Assembly (NCBI GenBank): GCA_018654605.1
Contig: JABILG010000014.1
Location: forward strand, 12,626 to 76,625
Length of the DNA: 64,000 bases
Direction: 5' to 3'
Source: a bacterium
GTDB taxonomy: Bacteria; Desulfobacterota_D; UBA1144
Part shown: positions 56,773 through 64,000 of the stretch, in pieces
How positions within the stretch are numbered: the stretch's first letter is position 1
Layout: every line of letters starts with the position of its first letter
Translations under genes and position numbers: made by a program
The notes under the pieces: generated by a model
Told to the model about the DNA's origin: nothing
Database searches by the model: none
The model's input: only the letters and a program-made list of their open reading frames with translations

Positions 56773-58680
56773 CTATTTATCGGTAAATTCGGCATCTATG
56801 ACATCTTTATCATCTTTTGCCTTCTCTCCCTCTTTATTGGCCTCATTTGCATCGTCAGGAGCCTCATTTGATGCTTCTGAAGCCTCTTTGTACATTTTGT
56901 CAGCTAAACTATGTGAAGCCTTGCTAAGTTCATCCTGTGCGGTTTTAAGTGCATCAAGATCTTCTAGCTTTAAAGCATCCTTAGCCTTCGCAACTGCATC
57001 CTCAATTTCTTTCTTTTCTTCCTCTGATACTTTATCTGCATTATCAGATAATGTTTTCTCAGTTGAGTAAATCAATTGATCAAGAGTATTTCTTTGATTT
57101 ATTAATTCTTTTTTCTTTTCATCTTCTTCGGATTTAGATTCAGCATCTTGAACCATATCATCTATTTCTTTTTCGGATAAGCCTGATGAAGCTTCGACTT
57201 TAATTTTCTGCTCTTTATTCGTTGCCTTGTCAAGAGCCGACACGTTTAAGATACCGTCGGAATCAATATCAAAGCCAACTTCAATTTGCGGTAATCCTCT
57301 AGGCGCAGGAGAAAGACCGTCAAGTATAAATTTTGCTAAAGTTCTGTTGTCAGCGGCCATAGATCTTTCACCTTGTGTAACGTGAATTTCGACACTAGGT
57401 TGATTATCTTGTGCTGTACTAAAAATCTGGCTTTGTTTAGTAGGAATAGTTGTGTTCCTACTGATTATAACTGTATTTACTCCACCCAAAGTTTCAATTC
57501 CTAATGATAATGGAGCAACATCAAGAAGTAGAACATCTTTTACGTCACCACTTAAAACAGCTCCTTGAATTGAAGCGCCTAATGCAACAACTTCATCTGG
57601 GTTAATGCCCTTATGAGGCTCTTTACCAAAGAAATCCGTAACTATTTTTTGAACTATTGGCATCCTAGTAGAACCACCAACAAGTATTACTTCACTTATA
57701 TCAGAAGCCTTAACTCCAGCATCTTTTAAAGCATTTGAACACGGTTGGAGTGAAGACTTTACTTTTTCATCAATTATTTGTTCAAATTTAGACCTAGAAA
57801 GCTTTATGAGTAAGTGTTTTGGGCCATTTTGGTCAGCAGTAATAAAAGGTAAATTAATCTCTGTTTCTAAAGCCGCGGACAATTCAATCTTAGCCTTTTC
57901 TGAACCTTCTCTAAGTCTTTGTAGAGCCATTTTATCTGAGGACAAGTCAACACCGTTTTCTCTTTTAAATTCCTCTATTAAATAATTAATTATTAACCTA
58001 TCAAAATCATCTCCGCCCAAACTTGTATCACCATTGGTAGATTTAACTTCAATGACATTTTCTCCTACTTCTAGTATAGATATATCGAAGGTGCCACCGC
58101 CTAAATCATATACTGCGATAAGTCCATCCTTCTTCTTATCAAATCCATATGCTAATGCTGCGGCAGTAGGTTCATTTATAATTCTCTCAACATTTAATCC
58201 AGCAATCTTCCCGGCATCTTTAGTTGCCTGCCTTTGACTGTCATTAAAGTAGGCAGGAACAGTTATTACTGCATCTGAAACTTTAGTTCCCAAATGTGAT
58301 TCAGCAGCATTTTTAAGCTTGCCTAATATGTTAGCGGAAATTTCAGGTGGTGAATATTCCTTTGTATCTATTTTTATCCAAGCATCACCATTCTTGTTCT
58401 TTACAACTTCATAAGGTAAAACTTTTCTATCATCTGACGTCTCCTCAAATCTTCTTCCAATTAATCTTTTTGATGAATAAACTGTTCTCTCAGGATTGAC
58501 CACTGCTTGTCTTTTTGCAGGCTCGCCCACCAATATTTCGTTCTCATTCTTCCCAAAACTAACTATAGATGGCGTAGTTCTATTTCCTTCTTCGTTAATT
58601 ATTACTTTTGGTTCATTTGATTCAACAAATGCCACACAAGAATTCGTAGTACCTAAGTCAATTCCTATTACTTTTCCCAT
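56773..58680 (-). CDS. dnaK: Chaperone DnaK (Hsp70)
   Basis: [17 protein letters not shown] and [11 protein letters not shown], with an acidic C-terminal tail. AGGAGA SD. Confidence 0.97.
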   Translation of the reverse strand: MGKVIGIDLGTTNSCVAFVESNEPKVIINEEGNRTTPSIVSFGKNENEILVGEPAKRQAVVNPERTVYSSKRLIGRRFEETSDDRKVLPYEVVKNKNGDAWIKIDTKEYSPPEISANILGKLKNAAESHLGTKVSDAVITVPAYFNDSQRQATKDAGKIAGLNVERIINEPTAAALAYGFDKKKDGLIAVYDLGGGTFDISILEVGENVIEVKSTNGDTSLGGDDFDRLIINYLIEEFKRENGVDLSSDKMALQRLREGSEKAKIELSAALETEINLPFITADQNGPKHLLIKLSRSKFEQIIDEKVKSSLQPCSNALKDAGVKASDISEVILVGGSTRMPIVQKIVTDFFGKEPHKGINPDEVVALGASIQGAVLSGDVKDVLLLDVAPLSLGIETLGGVNTVIISRNTTIPTKQSQIFSTAQDNQPSVEIHVTQGERSMAADNRTLAKFILDGLSPAPRGLPQIEVGFDIDSDGILNVSALDKATNKEQKIKVEASSGLSEKEIDDMVQDAESKSEEDEKKKELINQRNTLDQLIYSTEKTLSDNADKVSEEEKKEIEDAVAKAKDALKLEDLDALKTAQDELSKASHSLADKMYKEASEASNEAPDDANEANKEGEKAKDDKDVIDAEFTDK

Positions 58681-58711
58681 AAAAACTATCTCCTATAACA
58701 ATATTGCTTAG

Positions 58712-58739
58712 AAGTTAATCATTAAAGAATAAATGTCAA
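58712..58739 (-). promoter_or_regulatory. Candidate sigma70-type promoter upstream of dnaK
   Basis: On the minus strand, TTGACA, a 16-nt spacer, then TAACTT, about 30 nt upstream of the dnaK start. I saw no CIRCE element or clear sigma32 consensus. Confidence 0.35.
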
Positions 58740-58744
58740 TAGGG

Positions 58745-59902
58745 TTATATTAACTCCACAACTTTTAATGCAGCATCCTTCATTGTTGTAGCCGTTGCAA
58801 TATTTAAACCAGACTCTTCTAGCATTTTCTTGCCTAATTCAACATTGGTACCCTCTAACCTAACAACTAGTGGCACTTTAATTCCTACTTCTTTAGCTGC
58901 GACCATGATTCCATCGGCAATAGTGTCGCACTTCATTATTCCACCAAAGATGTTAACAAGGATTGCCTTTACGTTTTCATCTCTAAGAATCATTTTGAAA
59001 GCTTGCGTAACCTGTTCAACTGTCGCACCACCTCCAACATCAAGGAAGTTTGCGGGCTCAGCTCCATGGTGTTTAATTATGTCCATTGTAGACATAGCGA
59101 GTCCTGCACCATTTACCAGACACCCGATGTTACCATCAAGTTTAACAAAACTAAATCCCCACTCCTTAGCTTCTAATTCAGAAGGTTCCTCTTCTGTAGG
59201 ATCATGGAGGTCTTTGTATTCTTTATGTCTGAATTCTGCATTATCATCAAAATTAATTTTTGCATCTAATGCCTTAACTTCATCCTTATCCGTAACTATT
59301 AGAGGATTAACTTCAACAAGGCTGCAATCAGTTTCAACAAACAGATTGTACATACCTTGAATCAATGGGGCTAATTGTTTAAGTTGACCTTTGTCAAAGC
59401 CTAAGAAATAACCTATTTTTCTTATGTGAAAGGGCTGTATCCCAACAACAGGATCTATAGGCTGAGTTAGAAGTTTTTCTGGTGTCTCTTCTGCAACTTT
59501 TTCAATATCAACTCCACCCTCAGGGCTCGCGATTATAACATTCTTTTCAGTTGCTCTGTCAGTAACAAAAGATAGATAATATTCCTTTTTAATATTTGAC
59601 GCAGCTTCAACATATACCTTATTAACAAGTTTACCTTCTGGTCCAGTTTGGTGTGTTACCAATGTCATACCCAACATGGATTTTACCATAGCTTTTACTT
59701 CTTCTGGAGTTTTAACCAACTTAACTCCCCCACCTTTTCCTCTTCCACCTGCATGTATCTGAGCCTTAACAACATACTCGTCTACATTTAAGGATTTAGC
59801 ATATTCTTCAGCATCGTTTTCATTCTCAAAAACTTTACCTTCAGACGTTGCTACATTAAATTTACGAAATAAGTCCTTTGCCTGATATTCATGAATATTC
59901 AT
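58745..59902 (-). CDS. sucC: Succinate--CoA ligase (ADP-forming) beta subunit
   Basis: [12 protein letters not shown], the ATP-grasp GGRGKGGGV and [11 protein letters not shown]. Confidence 0.93.
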   Translation of the reverse strand: MNIHEYQAKDLFRKFNVATSEGKVFENENDAEEYAKSLNVDEYVVKAQIHAGGRGKGGGVKLVKTPEEVKAMVKSMLGMTLVTHQTGPEGKLVNKVYVEAASNIKKEYYLSFVTDRATEKNVIIASPEGGVDIEKVAEETPEKLLTQPIDPVVGIQPFHIRKIGYFLGFDKGQLKQLAPLIQGMYNLFVETDCSLVEVNPLIVTDKDEVKALDAKINFDDNAEFRHKEYKDLHDPTEEEPSELEAKEWGFSFVKLDGNIGCLVNGAGLAMSTMDIIKHHGAEPANFLDVGGGATVEQVTQAFKMILRDENVKAILVNIFGGIMKCDTIADGIMVAAKEVGIKVPLVVRLEGTNVELGKKMLEESGLNIATATTMKDAALKVVELI

Positions 59903-59922
59903 AGTGTCTCCTTTTAGTTAAA

Positions 59923-60672
59923 TTATAAAATCGTTTTAATTAAGTTTCTTCTCATCAAAGCTATATTTGAGATTGATATACCTTTAGGACAAACAGCTTC
60001 ACACTCGGCATGATTCGAACAATTGCCGAAACCTTCATCGTCCATTGCCTCAACCATACCCTTGACCCTTTGATCATCCTCAATCTTACCCTGGGGTAAG
60101 TGTGAAAGATGCGAGATTTTAGCACTAGTAAAAAGCGCAGCTGAAGCATTAGGACAAGATGCAACACATGCACCACAACCTATGCAAGCAGCAGAATCAA
60201 AAGCATCCTCTGCGTTATCCTTTGCTATTAATATATTATTAGCATCTGGAGCATTTCCCGTACTAACTGTAACATATCCACCGGCCTGAATAATAATATC
60301 AAATGACCCTCTATCCACAACTAAATCTTTAACAACTTTAAATGGAGTTGCTCTGAAGGGCTCGATAACTAAAGTCTGTCCATCCTCAAAATGTCTCATA
60401 TGTAACTGGCATACCGTTGTTTTGGCTAGTGGTCCATGAGCGACCCCGTCAATAACAAAGCCACAAGTACCACAAATACCTTCTCTGCAATCACTATCAA
60501 AGGCAATAGGATCTTTTCCTTCTTTTTGTAAATTTTCATTTACTACATCTAACATCTCTAAAAAAGATATATGAATTGAAATATCCTTAACAGAATAGAA
60601 CTCAAAAGAACCAGGGTCATCTATAGAGGACTGTTTCCATACCTGTAAATTCAAACTAATTACATCTGACAT
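59923..60672 (-). CDS. sdhB: Succinate dehydrogenase/fumarate reductase iron-sulfur subunit
   Basis: 2Fe-2[10 protein letters not shown]...C, and CIGCGAC..SCP plus [10 protein letters not shown] clusters. Confidence 0.92.
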   Translation of the reverse strand: MSDVISLNLQVWKQSSIDDPGSFEFYSVKDISIHISFLEMLDVVNENLQKEGKDPIAFDSDCREGICGTCGFVIDGVAHGPLAKTTVCQLHMRHFEDGQTLVIEPFRATPFKVVKDLVVDRGSFDIIIQAGGYVTVSTGNAPDANNILIAKDNAEDAFDSAACIGCGACVASCPNASAALFTSAKISHLSHLPQGKIEDDQRVKGMVEAMDDEGFGNCSNHAECEAVCPKGISISNIALMRRNLIKTIL

Positions 60673-62624
60673 TATTTATAATTCCTTTGTGTCATTTTTA
60701 CAAACTTATAATCTAAATTTTCTTTATGCAAGATAGGAATATTGTTCTCATTATACTCCCATGCTGATACATAAGCATATTTATCATCATTTCTTAAAGG
60801 CTCACCCTCTTCTGTCTGATACTCTTCTCTAAAATGGGCTCCACATGATTCCTCTCTATTCATTGCATCTAAAGCCATCAATTCTCCAAGTTCTAAGAAA
60901 TCTGCTAATCTACCTGCTTGTTCTAAGTTCTTGTTTAGAGTATTTGATTCACCAGGCAAATATAAATCATTCCAAAACTTGTCTTTTATCTTAGGGATTT
61001 TATCTAATGCTTCCTGTAAAGACTCTTTAGTTCTAGCCATCCCCACCAGGTCCCACATCACTCCACCAAGCTCTCTGTGTATTTCTAAAACAGTTGAAGA
61101 GCCTTTGATGTTAAGAAGCTCTTCTGTCTTTTCTTTGGAATCATTCTTAGCTTCTTTAAATTCTTCTGAGGTAGTGCTGACTGGGTCAAGCTTAGTATTA
61201 GCTAAATAATTCCCAAGTGTATTTGGAATGACAAAATAGCCATCTGCTAATCCTTGCATTAGAGCACTTGCACCAAGTCTGTTTGCACCATGGTCAGAAA
61301 AATTGGCCTCACCAAGAACAAACAATCCTGGAACAGTACTCATCAAATCGTAATCTACCCACAAGCCGCCCATTATATAATGAATGGCAGGATATATCTT
61401 CATAGGTGTAGAATATGGACTATCACCAGTTATTGTCTCATACATATCGAATAAGTTCCCATACTTATCAGAAATATTTTTCTTACCCAATCTGTCGATC
61501 GCGCTTTTAAAGTCAAGATAAACTGCTCGACCGGTAGGGTCTAGCCCCTTACCTTCATCGCACATTTTCTTAATAGCTCTTGAGCCAACATCTCTTGGAA
61601 CAAGATTCCCATAAGCAGGGTACATTCTTTCTAAAAAATTATCTCTGTCAGATTCTGGGATATCAGCGGGCGACCTTTTGTCATCTTTACTCTTAGGTAC
61701 CCAAACCCTACCATCATTTCTCAAACTTTCAGACATTAAAGTTAACTTAGACTGATACTCTCCGGATGTTGGAATACATGTTGGATGAATCTGTGCAAAG
61801 CATGGATTTGCCATAAATGCACCTTTCTTGTGACATCTCCAGGCAGCACTAGCATTGGATGCTTTTCCGTTTGTTGACAAGAAATATACATTTCCAAAAC
61901 CTCCGGTGCAAAGTAATACCGCATCGCCAGAATGAGTCTCGAGCTCCCCAGTCTTAAGATTTCGAACCACTATACCTCTAGCTCTATCGTTAACTGTCAC
62001 AACGTCTAACATTTCTCTATTTGGGAACATTTCTATTTGCTGCTTAGCAACCTGTCTCATCATTGAGCTGTAAGCGCCCAATAAAAGCTGTTGTCCGGTT
62101 TGACCTCTAGCGTAAAAGGTTCGAGAAACTTGAGATCCTCCAAAAGATCTATTAGTTAACAATCCACCATAGTCCCTAGCAAAGGGGACACCTTGGGCAA
62201 CACATTGATCAATAATATTTGTGCTAATTTCTGCAAGTCTATGAACATTTTCTTCTCTTGCTCTATAATCGCCACCTTTAATTGTGTCTATAAAAAGTCT
62301 ATGAACACTATCTCCATCGTTTTGATAGTTCTTAGCAGCGTTAATTCCACCTTGAGCAGCAATACTATGAGCCCTTCTTGGTGTATCTTGTATGCAAAAA
62401 GACTTAACATTGTAACCTAGTTCAGCCAAAGTAGCTGCAGCAGAACCTCCGGCTAGACCAGTACCAACTACAATAATATTAAACTTTCTTTTGTTTGCGG
62501 GATTTACAATCTTCATGCTTGATTTGTATTTATCCCATTTATCTTCTAAATTGCCAGACGGAAGTCTTCCATCAAGCTTAGAGACACTTTCAACAAACTC
62601 TTTTTCAGGTGATCCTCCAGCCAT
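60672..62624 (-). CDS. sdhA: Succinate dehydrogenase/fumarate reductase flavoprotein subunit
   Basis: [13 protein letters not shown], the [17 protein letters not shown]-attachment His context, and HYIMGG. Confidence 0.95.
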   Translation of the reverse strand: MAGGSPEKEFVESVSKLDGRLPSGNLEDKWDKYKSSMKIVNPANKRKFNIIVVGTGLAGGSAAATLAELGYNVKSFCIQDTPRRAHSIAAQGGINAAKNYQNDGDSVHRLFIDTIKGGDYRAREENVHRLAEISTNIIDQCVAQGVPFARDYGGLLTNRSFGGSQVSRTFYARGQTGQQLLLGAYSSMMRQVAKQQIEMFPNREMLDVVTVNDRARGIVVRNLKTGELETHSGDAVLLCTGGFGNVYFLSTNGKASNASAAWRCHKKGAFMANPCFAQIHPTCIPTSGEYQSKLTLMSESLRNDGRVWVPKSKDDKRSPADIPESDRDNFLERMYPAYGNLVPRDVGSRAIKKMCDEGKGLDPTGRAVYLDFKSAIDRLGKKNISDKYGNLFDMYETITGDSPYSTPMKIYPAIHYIMGGLWVDYDLMSTVPGLFVLGEANFSDHGANRLGASALMQGLADGYFVIPNTLGNYLANTKLDPVSTTSEEFKEAKNDSKEKTEELLNIKGSSTVLEIHRELGGVMWDLVGMARTKESLQEALDKIPKIKDKFWNDLYLPGESNTLNKNLEQAGRLADFLELGELMALDAMNREESCGAHFREEYQTEEGEPLRNDDKYAYVSAWEYNENNIPILHKENLDYKFVKMTQRNYK

Positions 62625-62634
62625 TTAAAACCTA

Positions 62635-63330
62635 CTAATTGATTGAATAAATATATATAGGAATTAATAAGAACCCTATACTAATAATTGTACCTAATAA
62701 ATAACTTATACTGTAAGTAATCCTAGTAAAATTTCTTCCATGTATTCCTAAAGATTGAAAAGAACTCCAAAAACCATGGCCTAAATGTAAAGATAGCATT
62801 GTCATTGCAACTGAGTAACCTGCAACTACCCAAATATTTGTAAATTCTTGAGTAACATTTTTATACAAATCTCTTATCGGCTGCCCATCATTGAAATCTA
62901 AATAAGTAGTATCGTAATGTATTCCAAGTCTAAATTGCAAAACATGCCAAATTAAAAAAACCAATAATACAACACCGGTAATAACCATAGTTTGAGAGCC
63001 ATAAGTCTTCTTACTTTTACCACCTGCATAAGAACTAACAGCGTACTTAGTGTTTCTAGCAGAAGTATTAATAAAATTTGAATATAAAGCAGTAGAAAGA
63101 TGAAGAACAAAGAAGCCTAGTAATCCCATCTCTGCAATTGTGAACAGGATACCAAAAGACTCTAAGAAGTGAGCATATTGATTAAAATCTTTTCCTGGTG
63201 GGTTTCCAGTGAAAAGAGTTATGTTTCCTAGAAGATGAATTATGAGAAATAGAAAAAGTGATAAACCAGTGACGGCTATAATGATTTTTTTTAATACTGA
63301 GGAAATTTTAAGAAAATTAATTTGATTCAT
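62635..63330 (-). CDS. sdhC: Succinate dehydrogenase cytochrome b subunit (single large b558-type anchor)
   Basis: 231 aa with five TM helices carrying conserved His (IIHLLGN, HL, HV, HLGHG). Directly upstream of sdhA and sdhB. Confidence 0.8.
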   Translation of the reverse strand: MNQINFLKISSVLKKIIIAVTGLSLFLFLIIHLLGNITLFTGNPPGKDFNQYAHFLESFGILFTIAEMGLLGFFVLHLSTALYSNFINTSARNTKYAVSSYAGGKSKKTYGSQTMVITGVVLLVFLIWHVLQFRLGIHYDTTYLDFNDGQPIRDLYKNVTQEFTNIWVVAGYSVAMTMLSLHLGHGFWSSFQSLGIHGRNFTRITYSISYLLGTIISIGFLLIPIYIYSIN

Positions 63331-63340
63331 AAAATCCTAC

Positions 63341-64000
63341 CTAAATTAAACCTGATTCATCAATAAAATTGCAAAGTTCATTAACATGAGAAGCTGAAAC
63401 GGCTAATTCTTGCTGTTCGTCCTTTGTTAATTCGATTTCAATAATTTTTTCAACTCCTTTAGAAGACAGTATAACGGGAAGTCCTAAGAATTGGTCCGCA
63501 ATTTCATATTCTCCATTTGCATATGTACAGCAAGGAAGTATCTTCTTCTGATTCTTAAGAATAGACTCGGCCATTTCAATTGCAGACACACCTGGAGCAT
63601 AAAAAGCGCTGCCTGTTTTAAGTAATTTTACAATTTCTGCCCCACCATCTCTTGTTCTTTGAATAATCTCTTCTAATCTTTTACTCTTAATCAATTGACT
63701 TATAGGGACGCCAGAAACAGAAGTGTAATTTTTAAGTGGAACCATATCGTCTCCATGACCACCTAAAACCAAAGTATCAATTTTAGATACCGCAACATCT
63801 AGCTCTAACGAAAGAAAAGCTTTAAATCTTGACGCATCTAAAACTCCCGCCATCCCAAGAACTCTTTCTTTTGGAAAACCACTTACTTTATATGAAACAT
63901 ATGTCATAGCATCAAGCGGGTTCGTAACAACAATAATAATACAATTTGGTGAATGTTGGACAACCTTTTCAGTTACATCTTTTATTATTTTAGTATTTGT
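63341..64000 (-). CDS. mdh: Malate dehydrogenase (LDH-like MDH), 5' end outside the window
   Basis: The reading frame stays open to the window edge: ...VVTNPLDAMTYV...GMAGVLDSARF-like...GGHGDDMVPL. The ORF track shows only the part from an internal Met. Confidence 0.9.
   Translation of the reverse strand, partial: TNTKIIKDVTEKVVQHSPNCIIIVVTNPLDAMTYVSYKVSGFPKERVLGMAGVLDASRFKAFLSLELDVAVSKIDTLVLGGHGDDMVPLKNYTSVSGVPISQLIKSKRLEEIIQRTRDGGAEIVKLLKTGSAFYAPGVSAIEMAESILKNQKKILPCCTYANGEYEIADQFLGLPVILSSKGVEKIIEIELTKDEQQELAVSASHVNELCNFIDESGLI

Noticed and set aside
56741-57070. 109-aa plus-strand ORF, Ser/Ala/Phe-rich.
   Set aside because: It lies entirely antisense to the Glu/Lys/Asp/Ala-rich C-terminus of dnaK. 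Its low-complexity composition mirrors the sense codons.
58830-59360. 176-aa plus-strand ORF.
   Set aside because: It is antisense to sucC, whose identity is unambiguous. It has no SD and a Ser/Pro/Thr-rich composition typical of shadow ORFs.
1-64000. Search by eye for CRISPR arrays, tRNA or rRNA genes, IS elements, integrases, long direct repeats and toxin-antitoxin or defence-island signatures.
   Set aside because: I recognised none. The intergenic regions are short and AT-rich with no periodic repeats. This is a visual scan only; tRNAscan, Rfam and repeat finders would be decisive.

Overview
This is a gene-dense, strongly AT-rich bacterial chromosomal segment. It reads in the standard genetic code, uses TTG and GTG starts often, and has many 1-20 nt gene overlaps. 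Lipoproteins, autotransporter-type barrels and HflKC point to a diderm (Gram-negative) organism. I call 66 protein-coding genes, a few small ORFs below the track cutoff, one GC-rich hairpin and one promoter candidate. I recognised no rRNA, tRNA, CRISPR array, transposase or integrase by eye.

From about 24 kb rightward the window is mostly core housekeeping:
- oadGAB, a Na+-pumping oxaloacetate decarboxylase
- hflKC, a DAACS symporter, NDH-2, ileS, lpdA, hemB and metH
- a ThrC-like plus ThiS/MoaD-like pair
- a dnaK...grpE-dnaJ cluster
- sucC, sdhCAB (single cytochrome b subunit type) and an mdh truncated by the window edge

The left part (about 0.5-24 kb) is more accessory:
- a SemiSWEET transporter
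- a lipoprotein subtilisin with a C-terminal beta-domain and an overlapping PrcB-like gene
- two Cas4/AddB-like Fe-S PD-(D/E)XK nucleases, one head-to-head with rmuC and the other divergent from an hspQ-UDG pair
- a passenger-less inverse-autotransporter barrel followed by a separate secreted protein
- two large polytopic membrane proteins
- flavodoxin and azurin

I see no clear-cut novel multi-gene system such as a defence island. The observations most worth follow-up are:
1. The Zn-ribbon ThrC homologue abutting a sulfur-carrier protein that ends GG-AS, next to metH. This may be a MetM/MetO-type homocysteine route.
2. A stand-alone T7-DNA-polymerase-type 3'-5' exonuclease domain with no polymerase domain and no phage context.
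3. The apparently split inverse autotransporter.
4. A DnaJ that keeps only one of its two zinc centres.

All functional calls rest on motif and family recognition by eye. No database search was run.
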